A stretch of DNA of 64,000 bases, taken from Vicugna vicugna (taxonomy: Eukaryota). Below, in pieces: positions 13,118-26,160 of the stretch; position 1 is the stretch's first letter, and each line of letters begins with the position of its first letter. The position numbers were made by a program, and so were the translations under genes. The notes under the pieces were generated by a model that was not told the origin of the DNA, searched no databases, and saw only the letters and a list, made by a program, of their open reading frames with translations. Where the stretch lies: positions 2,475,305-2,539,304 of the forward strand of contig MU058451.1 in assembly GCA_013265495.1 (NCBI GenBank). The letters are read 5' to 3'.

Positions 13118-13904
13118 TTTCAGCCTCCCTGACCACCACTTCCACTTTGAACTGTAAGCATTTCCTGAAACACCAGGCCCTTTTATGTCCTGAATACTTG
13201 GCTTCCTCTGCCTGCAATTCCTTTTCTTCTTATTTACCATAAACAATCACACCTCCAGTGAACACGTGCCGTATTACACCTATGACAACACTTGCTATGT
13301 GGCACAGGCACTGCGTATGTTATTCCCTGCAGTGTGCTACAAATATTTTATTTTATTTATTTTATTTATCAAATGCTTATGTAATGTTCAAACACTGATC
13401 CCTGGAGCCAGGACTCAATGGTGGCAGTGGCTAGTCTTCTATATATTGGTTTCATTTTCCTGTCTGTCTGTCCCCAATTTGACCATAACTCTTCCTGTGC
13501 CCACTGCGTGGTATGCTACCCGGCATGCATAGGTACTTCTTAAGTATTTGCCCAGAGTGAATAAGTAAATGTTCCATTTCCTGCTGTTCAGCTAAATCAA
13601 TTCCAGTATTCAATGCAATGATACGCTATAGCCGAATTAACTTTATATCCATTCAATTCTTCACATACATACTGAAATTATCAAAAACTATTCCTAATGT
13701 ATTATCTACTATTTTTTTCTTAATAAGAGTTTCTGAAGCTGGGAACTTCGTATCATCTTCCAACAATAGTCCTTGTTTTCTCAGACATTTCACTATAGGA
13801 CTCGATTCTGAATTTTTCTTATACTTAAACAATGACAATATTACGGATAAAGACATTTAAGAAGTTTTTCAAATATTTCTTATCTTTGACAGTTAAGCCT
13901 GCTT

Positions 13905-14036
13905 TTTTTTCTTTTTAGTCTTTTTGGGGGGGGTAGATTGTTATTTATTTACCTTAATGGGGGGGTATTGAGGATTGAGCCCAGGACCTCATGCAAGTCA
14001 AGCATGCACTCTACCACTAAGCTATACCCTCCCCCG
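13905..14036 (-). mobile_element. tRNA-derived SINE, vic-1-like, same sense as STAU2
   Basis: Reverse complement reads gggggagggtatagcttagtggtagagtgcatgcttgacttgcatgaggtcctgggctcaatcctcaa; TSD-like taagcctgcttttt / taaatctgcttttt. Confidence 0.88.
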
Positions 14037-17000
14037 CCTAAATCTGCTTTTTGATGTGACCATGTTACGATAGCAGACCTTTCTTAAACCTAAATTATGC
14101 CAGGGTTTAAAATTAACTAATAATTCTATATGTGGAAATGAGTAAACTGCATTACTAATAGGATGTTTTATTTGTGTAGTCTCTCAAATGTGTACTTACA
14201 TAACCAAATTATGTCTTTGAATAAAATCTAAAGCTCCTTCCAGCTCAAAAGAGAATTCTTAAATGACTCAGACTCATGTGTGTATACAGTGGAAGGCATA
14301 AATAAATTTACTGATGAAATCTATGACTAAACCAAAACAGTATCCAGAAGACCATGCACTACCATGGACACCAGTCCTACCTTTAGGATGAGGCTCCAAT
14401 TACTATACACGTTTGGTTTAAAAGAAAATAAATATTCGTAAGGAAAAAGCAAAAGTGTGCCAGGCACTTGTGCTGCATCATAAAACAATGTATGTAATGC
14501 GTCCTTCACTATCTGATACATAACAAGGCAGTCAATAAACATTAGTTTCATTTCCTTGTTTACGCATATATCTCCTAATGCCTCTGGTATGTTAGAGTAG
14601 TTTTCTCAGTGTGCAGAAATTCTTTACATGCAGTATTCCACATACTGTTCTCTTTCTCCAGGGCTGTCCTGGGTAAGAAGAGAGTAATACATTTGAAATT
14701 TTAAACGCTGTGATTCATGAGAAAAATCTCAGCCATGGCTGAATGCTGTAGAGAAGGAAATAGGTAATTTCAACATGACTTAGAATGAACATGGATGTCT
14801 GGATACCAGCCCAACAAGAAGGCACCTGATGGGTACTACAATTAATCTTCAGTTACAAAGGAAAACTATCACATCATCACCAACCTTTTCTAGCAAGAGG
14901 ACATGAAATTCACCTTTAGATGAAAAACAATTTCCTTTTCTTCAAATTGTTTGAAGAAATGATTAATTACTGATTTTCAAATAATGCCAGATAGAGTGCT
15001 AATTATGGGTTGAAATCTCTTCTGATACAAATGGAAAAGGCTACAGATATTTCTACTTGGGTGTGACACGTGACGGCGGCCATTTTTTCCTACACCATGC
15101 TGGCTCATTTCAGATCCACATACAATGTTAGGGCATAGTTTATGCAGTAATAATGGACTGTTTTACTCAAGGCCTGCTTGATTCTTACCTGTACTACTGT
15201 TACTCATCACAGTATGCTTTTATATGCATCAGGATTTCTTTCTTCAAATGTAATGTTCTTCTCTAAAGAGTTGGAAGTTTCAGCAAAGTGAGCTGATCTG
15301 TAATTCTACTGGTCTGTATGGAGTACAGTTATGTAATGTGTAGTATGCATACCCTTGGTGGTTTGGACAAATATATCAAGGCCTAAAGAAACCAAAGCCA
15401 GGAAGTCAGTTTGCGTGAATGTGGGCTGCCTATCTGAAGAATAAACCTGCATTTTAGGGTCACTATAGGAAAACCAAGGCTTCAGGAGAATTCTTCCAGT
15501 TTCTCCAAGATCTTTGGAAAACAGTACATGCTAAATCCGAGAGAGATTTTTAAGAAGTAACTATAAATTAGAACAGAATCTCCTGACCCCACGCCAAACC
15601 CCTAAATGTATTTTGCTCACTGTACTCTGAATAATTTCTCATCACTTTTACAGCCATTGTGTAACAGTGTAGAAGAAAATTTGGGCTCAGAAGTGACATG
15701 GTATAAGTTATGTTTCAAAGACAAATTAGAAACTTATTTCTAAGTGGAGAAGCATTATATCTTTCTCCATATTTTCCTATTAGAAATCTACAAAATTTTA
15801 TTTATATTGGTCTTCAAAAAAACATGGATCCCCCATTCTTCAAAAAAAAAAAAGCTACTGCAAATAGCCACTTTAATGATAAATATATGTATTACAAAAA
15901 GTGAGGTATAGGGAAGATAAGAAAAAAGAGAAAGGAAAAAGGTTGATTCTCAAATTGGCCAAGCCCCACCTCAATGTAATCTGTACTGAGGTCGTATTAA
16001 AATACGCTGTACGTCATACATGTCAAAAATAAATACTTAAAGAAAGCCCATAACCTATAAAAGAAGCCTGCTATAACCATGTTAAACTTCAAAACAGGAG
16101 ACATAGTTGAAATGTATTATGTTTGAATTGTATTTGAAAAGAAAGTTTTAAATTTAAATAGATATTTCTAAGCCTTCTACTGACATTCTCTTCTTGCTAA
16201 AAACGACACAACACCTAAAACTCACGATAATGAAAAGCCCCCCTTTAAACACTCCTTGAATTTTATAAAATAAACTAATTATAGTTTAACTAAGATACCA
16301 ACGAAGTGCTTCTTTACTTCTTCATGTGAGAAAAACAAATCTAGTTTATCATATTTTACTCTGAAGATTTCAAACACAACGCTGTTCAATGGATGACAAC
16401 CGCAAGGAGGGGCACAGACTAGAAAGTTAAAATTAAATCCATCAAGAAAGGAGAATTTACTAAAACAATTCATTTTAATTTCCAATCTAATTGTTTTTCT
16501 AATGGCTCATTTAAACAATGGTGCTGCTTATATTTAATTATACAAAGAAATTTCTAATATAATAAGTATGGAAGAGCATATGATAGATGCAAAAACTTAG
16601 AAAAATGTAAATTATAACACAACAAAACAGTCTTCTACTTCAGTTCGAATGCACAGCATTTCAAAAATGTCTCCTCCATCATAATTTTCTTTAAAAAGTT
16701 GAATGATTTTGAAACATTCTGGCATTATAATTAAAAGGTATCAAAGAATGCACCAGGAACCCTGAATGCTATGGTTTAACTATATTTCAATTGAATTTTT
16801 ATGAAATGCATAGACATTATAGAAGCATACCGACTGAGCTGTGCAAAGTCTGAGGTTCACAGAACTGTTGATACAAGAATTTTTTTTCTTAAAAAACAAT
16901 AAATCAATAAGAATATTCAGGTTCTAAAAGAGGATATTTACAAATGCACTCAATAAAATTTCAAAGAAATAAGTATTCACTTTTGATAGAGATCCAAAAG

Positions 17001-17459
17001 CTTGCATCTAAAATGCAATGATAAAAACTTTAGGGGAGTCCAAGCAAGGATAAAAGAATTACTGAGAATGTGCAAGAGTTCAGTCATATTCTGACCTGGG
17101 AAGTGAGCTTTATTAATAATAACTTTAATTGTATAATAATTTTAATTATTTTGTAGATTTAAGCAAAAGGATGTGAGCTTAATACCTACATTCTGGTGAG
17201 CAAATAAGCTTTCTGTAATTTATAAATTTCAGTTAAAGAGTGGATAATGAAAAAAATTTAAAAGTTAAAACAACTTAGTTTTCAGTACACTGATATATTT
17301 TTTACTTTGTAATACAATATAGCTGTCACATACAATGGCTCTGGTAGGCTTAAATCAAATGTCAATGGGCACAGAAGGCCAGAGAAGAGTTTATACAATA
17401 TTCCGTAAGCAATAATATCTATTCAGTGTGCAATAACAAAATTGTAGAAGCACTAACCT

Positions 17460-19520
17460 AGAAACACAGAAAAGGAATTTATTATAGTCCTTAAATTCTA
17501 GAAATAAAAATAACACAACAGCATGTAATTGATAACAAGCTGGCCCTATAATTTCTAAACTACAGTCCAATTAAAGCATTTAAGAAACAGAGCAATCTAC
17601 ATGTTTTTTTTACCAGGTAAATATACCTGAGAAAGTTACCTATAAAGAAATAGGCTTTAAAACTCTTAACCACAAAGACTCTTCTACCGCGACATTATGA
17701 GGATGTGCTGTGTACCTGACGGCACAGGAAGCCATTTCCCACGGACATTCTGTTCACCCACAGCTGCAGGTTGCCGTCCGTCAGCGACACAATATTTCAT
17801 AACAACACCAAGCTCATTTGACCAAAGAAGCGTCATAATGTTTTAAAACCATCTGTTATATTCATTAGTATGTAAAAATCACAGGACACAAATTTGGAAA
17901 TGTTTAACTTGTCCATAAATAAGAGTATATTAACTCAGCATTAAGCTTAAAAAAAAGGGGGGAGGGAGCTGAGTAGTCAGCCCAGATGTAGGGAAAACAG
18001 ATACTACATTTTGACTAAAGGAAATGTATTTTTAAATTACAGTTGTTGTCATTGCCAGGAATTAACAAATAAATATAAATTCAAAAATGTACGTAGTTCT
18101 TCTGGCAGCAAAACAACATCCACCATGATAACATCTCCAAGCAAAAAAGCAGTTGTGAGTTGAATGCAACTTGTGCTTCGTTTCTATAAAAATGCAAATG
18201 CAGTGTAACACTCAGACACTTCTCAGTGACTGGATTTGTAAGTAAACTGAGTTCCTTTTCATTACAGTTTATTTCTAGTTCATCCTATGCAGATTATAGA
18301 TAGAATTAAAAACTGCTTAGTTTTTTTTTCCAGTACTTTAACTGTATGAACCACTGTTTTATTTTAAACAGGGATTCGTTGTTATTCTTAAGGTAAACAA
18401 CAGAAACGAGTTCTAAAATTTTAAGTTTTAAATTAAGTGTTTAAAATTTCAGGTGACAGAGCCAACAACTGGTAACAGCTTTTTAGAGTTCATAATTAAT
18501 AGCCTAATTAAAAACACTAATGACTACCTGGCAATAGATTTGAAAGAATCAGGTTTCTGTGAAGGCAAACAAACAAAAAAAAACATGCAAAAGACTCCCC
18601 AAAACACATGATCTTCTCTCTTATACCTAAACTTGTAAAATTTTTATAAATACATGATCATTCTACACAATACAGATCTTCTAGAGCATTTCTAAAGGAA
18701 ATTACAGCTGCTGGTCTTAAGGAATAAGACTAAGATGGAAAAGGGGGTAAAAATAGTGAAATCTGAGGGAACAAAGAATAAATAAGGAAAAAAAGTTTCC
18801 ATCTCCAAATTCACGCACACAACAAGTGGACTATAAGCCAGTTTCAGACTGCCCAGTGAAACAGAATTGTTGGTATCATCCGAGGCAGGTACCATCCCAG
18901 ATGGTTCAAACACGATCCAGTAAAACAATATATGTTTTATGCCTCAAACAACTAGAAAGCATTTATTATTGTTCTAACATCATGTTTAATTAACTCCTAA
19001 GATAATAGACTTCGAGGACGTTGTACCTTAATGGTATACCTGAATCACCACTAACAATAGAATGCCAAATTCAAAACTGCTATGAAACTAAAATCATCAT
19101 TAGAAAAACTCAACCTTACTGTAAAATGAGGGAGAACTTAGTGCTAAATACTAATACCAAATGTATTAAGGCAAAATTTTTGTTTGTGGAAGAGAGTGAG
19201 AGAACAGATGCACCCAATCAAGACCAACCAGAAAGACACAACAGAGAATGAAAAATGTAAAAAAGAAAAAAAAAAAAAAAAAAAAAAAGAAGAAGGAAAT
19301 GGAGGAGAGCCAGGCAGCAAAAGAATTATTGGAGAGAATGAAAAAATTTTTACATGAGGCATGTGCATATGGTTCGTTTTTCTGTCCTCCGTGTTCCTAA
19401 TCATTTTCAACGTAAGTGGCATACAAGTTACACCAGCAGGCAAGAATGAGCTTTCTGATGGATAGAGATGGAGGATCTGGGGCTAATGAATTGCTTTGTT
19501 TTCTTGTTTTTGCTTTTAAT
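17460..19520 (-). other. STAU2: Probable alternative 3' UTR of short-C-terminus STAU2 isoforms (ending GFQV)
   Basis: U-rich stretch after the read-through stop with no repeat I can recognise; sense AATAAA at 18962-18967, 18358-18363, 18268-18273, 17478-17483 and 17109-17114; the true 3' end is inferred, not seen. Confidence 0.6.
17478..17483 (-). terminator. Best candidate poly(A) signal of the short isoform 3' UTR
   Basis: Minus strand AATAAA followed by U/GU-rich TTCCTTTTCTGTGTTTCTAGG...TTTTGTT. Confidence 0.4.
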
Positions 19521-19526
19521 TCATAC

Positions 19527-19834
19527 CTGAAAGCCTTGAATCCTTGCTAAATATTCCAGTTGTTTTGAAGGTTGTACTGGAGAACAAGGGGGAGTAGGAG
19601 AACTTCCTTTTAAACCTATGGCTTCAGCTGTAGGAGGTGCTCCATTCATAAGGAGTTCCCTGGCAATTGTGGCTGAACTATTCGATGTGGGAGATATACT
19701 GAAGAAAGAGCTTGAGGGTTGGTTCATATCTTTGGGTGACAAATAGCCTAGAGTAGTGCCAGAGATTACTTTGTGGCGGCTGGCTTCCATCTCTTGATAA
19801 ACATCAGGAGACAAATGAAGAATTCCTTTTGGAG
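19527..19834 (-). CDS. STAU2: STAU2 coding exon (308 nt), tubulin-binding/SSM region and start of dsRBD5; composite internal/terminal exon (read-through stop at 19521-19523)
   Basis: ttatag|CT CCA AAA GGA...TTT CAG|gtatga; (T)PKGILHLSPDVYQEMEASRHK...KQLEYLARIQGFQ; unspliced it continues GTA TGA (V-stop), as in ORF 19521..19814. Confidence 0.97.
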
Positions 19835-20884
19835 CTATAAGTAAAATAAAGGGACATTGTTATTACACTTAAAATAATTGAAATAGAAACATGTTATAGC
19901 ATTATTAATGCAAGGATTTCACTTGGTACGGTGACAAAGCAATGAGACACTGTCCATCGAGCGTCTTCCCCAAACTTGCAGAGGCAACTGCAGTCTCCTG
20001 TTCGTATGTTTCAATACGCCTAAAATCATTAGTTTAAGAAATCCACAAAAGTGACTTCGGGCAAAGTGTATGTGGTAGGCAAGCTGCGGAGGAACAGGGC
20101 TAACTGATGTGTGGAAGTACAATGGGGGATAAGGTTAGGAATGTGCATGGACTTTACCCTGCAATTTAATATTTTATGATCTCATAAGAGACACAAAATC
20201 CCTAACATATGCAGCAAGTGAGCCACAGTAGGTAAAACGAAGGCTGGATCAGTCCAAACCGTCTGAGGAACAAACTCACATATCCAGTGGCCCACTGGTG
20301 TTCTCTCCACAAGGATGTCCCACTGTCAACTCTACCTCATGAACGTGTCACAAAGTGACAGAGCATCTTCTTCCCCAAACTGTCTATCTGGCTTATCCCA
20401 TTATGGTACCGCTATCTATCTGCTCAGTTGCTCAACCGAGGCTCCTGGCAACCATCTTCGACTCAATCTGTCTCTGCGTCATCAAGTGCACTAGTTCAGG
20501 CCAGGCCGGGCCATACCCAGGTTCTATTACCAAGAGGAGTGAGCCTGGGGCTGTGTCATCCGTTGGTGGGGCCGCAGGCATATAAAAGCGCTTTCCTTTG
20601 ACTACTACCTGTCTCAGGGATGTTTCAAACCACATTTCACGCTGCTTGTTCTAACATATGTGGATTAGGTATTAACAACTCTCAAATCATGATATTATCT
20701 TTTACGCTTCCTGATAAATCACCACTTTTGGCGAATGTGCTCTGACAGACACAACTTAATTCCCTTGGTCTTGCTCCTCCCGGTTCCCCCGTTAACTTCC
20801 TGATTCAGGCCCTCAGTGTTTCTCGCCCGGGCTACTGTGACCCTCTCTAAGAGGTTTCATGGCTACTAGTCCCCCCAGTGTCTA

Positions 20885-21135
20885 TTTCCCAAAATGGATT
20901 CTGTAACATAGTCCCCATATACAATGGTTCCATGATAAATTAAATATAGGAAATAATGCAAATGATATTACACATAAACATCCCTTTTGGAGGATTAAAA
21001 ATGTACACTAGCAAAGCAAAGACTCCAAGAAGTCCAAAAGAACACAAATCTATTCAAACCAGGATTTCCCAAATTTATTTTATACCCAGGCTTTTCAAAT
21101 AACATTAATAACACCTAACACTTTGGGAACTGCTA
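20885..21135. mobile_element. Possible hAT-Charlie-type DNA transposon relic
   Basis: tttcccaaa at the left end and acactttgggaactg at the right end resemble degenerate terminal inverted repeats. Confidence 0.4.
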
Positions 21136-22534
21136 AGGCTAGCCATTCTTTTACTTTAAAGTCTTTACTGGCTCCTCATCCCTTGAGCTATAAAATCAAA
21201 CTCTTTAAGATGACTTAGGAAGCCCTTAACAATCCGGCTCCCTCACCTCTCTATCCTCATCTACTAAGATCTTCAGGAAGAGCCACGCTCCAGTCGTGCA
21301 AATATAGGCACACTTCTTCCAACACTCTGGCCTGTTGGAGGCCATCAGATCTTTATTTCCACTGCTCGGTCACACACACGCACATGCACACACCCCACAG
21401 TTAAGCTCCTACCGCTAGGTTCCAGGTACTAACGAATACTGTCCTCACTCAAGTCACACACTTTGTCCCTGGGAGAGGAAACTGAAAGAGATGGGTAACA
21501 GAATGTGGGAAGTGCCCCTGCAGAGATGGGTTAGGGAGCAGTGGCAATCCGGAAGGAGAAGCACTCGGAGCTCGGGAAAGGCTTCCTGGAGACAGATGAT
21601 ACTGACAGCAGATTTCAAGGGATGAGAGGAATCAGGCCAAGGAAGGAGAGAACTGAAGGCAGAGGGAGACATGAGCAAATGCAGGGGTCAGCAGTGTGCT
21701 CCAGGGAACCTCAACTCTCGAGCAGAAAGAGGGAGGTGGAAACTGTCAAAAGGTGAAGTGGGAGGCAAGAGGGGCCAAGCTCCAGGGGACTTGATCCCAA
21801 TGGCATTAAAACATACCAGAGTTGTTTTTAAAAAATAATTTATAGAGCTTAAAATAATATAGCAATTCTATTTTATGGATTTATTTTATGCCTTTGTGTT
21901 AGCTTTATAATCAGGAAGAAATTTCAATAAAAATTTTAAAAAGAAAACATATACATTGGGAAAAAGTACAGATAGCCAGAGGAAACTACTTTTAATATTT
22001 TGCTTTAAAAACATACTTTTAGTCCTTTTTCCTATACACTTGTTAACTTTGAAATATAAGTTAAGACACAGAAATACCACATGATCCTTTTGTTGTTTAC
22101 AGAATAACATGCTTCTACTAATAATTTTAAAGCTTAAAATTTCATTATATGAATTGTTTCCTCAGACAATTCTGCATTGTTGGACATCTAATTTATTTCC
22201 TTTTTTGCAATTAAAACAACAATACACTTTTTTTTTGGAAATTAACCCTTATTTACATGAAAATTGACTTCTTTAACTTAGAAGCAGAGCTGCTAGTTCA
22301 AAGAACATGCATGTAAGTTTTTTGACACTAACAAATTGCTCCAAGTTGGTACAACTCCAATAGCTGTCCCAATGCCACACTTCTGTATTAATATATGAAA
22401 GTTTCTTTTTCCTATTTTGGTATTGGATATTATTTTTAAAAAAATCTTTGCCACTGCTCTCTGTTAGCGTAGAAAGTGGTGAAGATTTTTTAATAATAAT
22501 ATCCAATACCAAAATAGGAACAAATGTATTTTTA

Positions 22535-23090
22535 GCCCCTGAGTTCGATCATCAATGGCCAATGGTTTAATCACTCATGCCTATGGAACAGAACTCCACA
22601 AAACCCCCTCAATGATGAGGTTTGGAAAGCTTCTGAGTTTCAAACACATCCATATGCTGGGAGCAGGGTGCTCCCCAACTCCATGGGAACAGAAGCCTCT
22701 ATGCTCTACACCTTTTTGGGTCTCTTCCTGTGTACCTCTTTGTCTGGCTTTTCATTTTATATCCTTTATAATAAACCAGTGATAGTAAGTATCTTTCTGC
22801 ATCCTGTGAGCTGTTCTAGCAAATTATCGAACTTGAGAAGGGGGTTGTGGGAAACCCTTGAATTTAAAGCCAGTTGGTCAGGAGGACAGGTGGCAACATG
22901 GGACTTACGACTGGTATCTCAAGTGGGGCATCTTGTGGGACTGAGCCCTTACCCTGGAGGGGGGGGTCCTGCACTAATTCCAGGCAGTGTCAGAACTGAA
23001 CTGTAGGACACCCTATTAGTGCCTGGAAAGTTGGAGAATTGGTTGGTAGGGGCAAAAAGATCTCTATACATTTGGTATCAGAAGTCCAGT
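22535..23090 (+). mobile_element. LTR relic, MER21-like
   Basis: ccaatggtttaatcactcatgcctat...ctttataataaaccagtgatagtaagta...ctgtgagctgttctagcaaattatcgaac...gggaaacccttgaatttaaagccagttggtcag. Confidence 0.7.
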
Positions 23091-24144
23091 AAAAACTATG
23101 TCAACACTGATCAAACTGTACATATGATGTGGAATTTACTGTACTTCAATTGTACCTCAACAAAGTTGTAAAAATATTTGCCAATTTGATTAAGTGAAAT
23201 GTCATATTTTTTCACTAGCTGCACAGATACCAAAAGTTAATTCTTATTTAAAGAATAACTTAATGTGTGACTCTAAATTCTAGACTCAACTTAAGAAATC
23301 AAGAAACTAACAGCATTATTTCAGCACTGTTATTATACAGCAGTAATGGGCTGCCAACAGCAATATTAGAAAGCAACAAAAATGCTCCCCCAACACTCAA
23401 GAGAGGCATTACATCACAGTATAAGAACTCATGCAGAGTTCAGGCTCCCTTATTCTGCAGTAATGCCTGCACTGACTTTCCTTCATAAATAAAGAAGATT
23501 CCTTTCTACAGAGCTCAACTAATATAATAGTCATTGAAAGGGTGTAAAGATACTTGTGGATTTATATGGTCAACTACCAAATGATTTTCAACATGAGCAT
23601 TGTAACAGAGTCTATGGATTAGTCACAATTCACATAGGATCCTTCTGTTGTAAATTTAAGTCACTTTTCAGTAGAGTCAAGACCTAAAAGTAGAATCAAA
23701 GAGGAATTTAGGGGATGCATATTTAAGGACTTTCAACTGCCTCCTGAAAAACTATATCAATTTATACTTCCATTAGCAGTGTGCAACTAAACTTGTTTCT
23801 CCACACTTCTGTAGAAACAACCAGGTTTAGTTATTCTGAATCATTTCTGCCACTTCAACACCTCATTGTTATCCTAACTGATCACCGCGCAAACTTTTTC
23901 TCACGTGACCACCTTGGTCACATGCCTTTCTTCCCTGTTGGTTCTGACCTCAGTTTTGCTCATGGACATGGAAGGCATTCCCTTCCTCAGGCTTGTTACA
24001 TCGGTCATAGTCACCCTCCATCTGCAGGTGTCCCAAACCCATTCTCCCATCATCAATCCTTCGTCCTGGATTGTGCCTTTGATGCTCCCATCCTAGTGCT
24101 GTCGATCTGTAACCACCGCACACGGCTACACCAGACACAAGACT

Positions 24145-24325
24145 GGCACTAATCTAGCACTTTACATGCATTATCTCCTTTAATCCCCACAACCACCATA
24201 TGAAGTGGGTTTTTATTTCTTTACATTAGAGATGAAAAAACTGAAGCACAGAAAAGTCATGAAACAGCCAAGGCTGTATGGATAATGAGTAGCGATGCTG
24301 GATTTTTAACTCCAGGTTGTCTGTC
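24145..24325. mobile_element. MIR SINE
   Basis: gcactttacatgcattatctcctttaatccccacaaccacc...agatgaaaaaactgaagcacagaaaag, MIR core. Confidence 0.7.
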
Positions 24326-25055
24326 ACGAGAGCCTGGATACCTAATCAGTACATTAAATGGAATCCTAAAAGACCAAGTTGGGAACAAAACGCAATGTCC
24401 AGCCAGTTCCAAACATGCAGGTGAAATCCAGGAAGTAAACTCCCTGGCTGGGGTGTGCCCAGATTGGCTCCACAGCTTTTCCACGTCGTCATGGTTGTCC
24501 TAAGTATTCCAGAGACGGCCTCACCAAAATCTCCATGAATTGTTTGATGTACACACAGGACTTCAGAAGCCCAAACTTGCCAGGGACTGTGACGCTTATA
24601 CATGAAGAACACCAAGCCATGGGGACCATTTTACTTGTTTTTCCCACTAGGTTTCTGCTTCCTGCAAATGGATACATAAACCTTCTGGCCCGCAAAGCCT
24701 CCAGCAGCATTTTCGTGGAGCTCTAGTTCCTACTGGAGGAGTCATAGAGAACACTGTGAATTGAGATCTTCTAAAAGGTTTTATCACACGCACTGATAAG
24801 CAAACTTAGTGGACCCTTGCCTTTCGATATTCACTAATGTCAGGACTCTTCCAGGGAGGCTGAAGAACACAAATGCTGATGAGTAATAAGTGGTATCAGG
24901 GGTATCAGAACAACAGCGCAAGCCAACGTAGCAAAAAAGATAACACTACTTCCCTGGTACAAGTGATTAATGCCAGTCTACAAACAGGGATTTCTCTGCG
25001 AGTCCATGGAATGAGTGCAGAGCTACTGCTTCATAAAATGAACTTGTCATTTTTT

Positions 25056-25124
25056 TAACATTTTTTATTGATTTATAATCATTTTACAATGTTGTGTCAA
25101 ATTCCAGTGTTCAGCACAATTTTT
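25056..25124 (-). mobile_element. Very short, young L1 3' end with perfect TSD
   Basis: ttaacattttttattgatttataatcattttacaatgttgtgtcaaattccagtgttcagcacaatttt between identical aacttgtcatttttt copies at 25041 and 25125. Confidence 0.85.
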
Positions 25125-25989
25125 AACTTGTCATTTTTTATACCCAAGCTCTGTGAGAAAAATCTTACTGTGTGTTTCCATAAGTCAGCTTGAATTCTTG
25201 CCACAATACTGTTGGACAAAAAGTTTTGTTTATAAATACTCAAAATACCCAACAATACTCCCTACTCCTGTCATGGTGAGTTTTTCATAACAGAAAAATT
25301 ATAATTCATATAGAGGTAAAATACTTTGGTAAATGAGAGAAAGAGCAGAAATGGTGGTGGCTTCTTCTGACTGAGATTTAGCATATGTGGGTAGACTAGT
25401 TCTATATACCATCAAGGATGATTTATCAAAATTTAAGAAGAAAATCAATTATTTGTATGTTTTGAAAGCTGATGCCTCAGAATTTTATTCCTTCTTTGAT
25501 CAGATAGACATTTTGTTTAGTACTATGTCAGAAGTCAAGTCCTGCTTCCTGGTTGGCATCAATTATCTTAAAACACACCCATTTTTTGGGAAATGTGTGC
25601 CTGCTAATTTAGAACTGGATATCTGAAGAGTTAGTTGGTTGCTACTGGCAAAATAGATTCTTAATGAGTCTTTTTTCCCCAATCTTCTTTTGTCTAAAGT
25701 TTCAAGTGGCAGCCAGGTATAAATATGTTATGTGACTGCTTTCCTGTTGGTAAAAGTCCACCTTTCCTAGCATTTGCTATTCATTAAATTTGTGTGTCTT
25801 GATGGTGACAAAATCTTTCTAACCTGTTCAATAAACCTTATCTTTAAAATTCAAAAAAAAATTACAATTAAAAAAATTCTTAAAACCTAGAAAATGAACT
25901 GCTGGCTCAAAACAGGAAATTTAAGAAAAGGATGAGCCAGAACAGCAAGATTTATCAGTTTGATAATGACTTTAAAAAATCATTTATAT

Positions 25990-26160
25990 GAAAACTCACA
26001 AAATCCAAGCAAGGTCTGTAGTCTAGTTCACTGTATTGTACCCACATCAGTTCCTGGTTTTGATCATGTACTACAATCATGTAATATGTCACCACTGGGA
26101 GAAGCTGAGTGATGGGTACACACCACCTCTCTGTACCATTTCTACAACTTAAAAAAGTTT
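25990..26160 (+). mobile_element. L1 (L1MC-like) 3' end fragment
   Basis: aaggtctgtagtctagt...cctggttttgatcatgtactac...gggagaagctgagtgatgggtacac...ctctgtaccatttctacaact. Confidence 0.65.

Noticed and set aside
20570..20595. TATAAAAG preceded by a GC-rich stretch on +
   Set aside because: Single motif among degraded repeat sequence with no other promoter support
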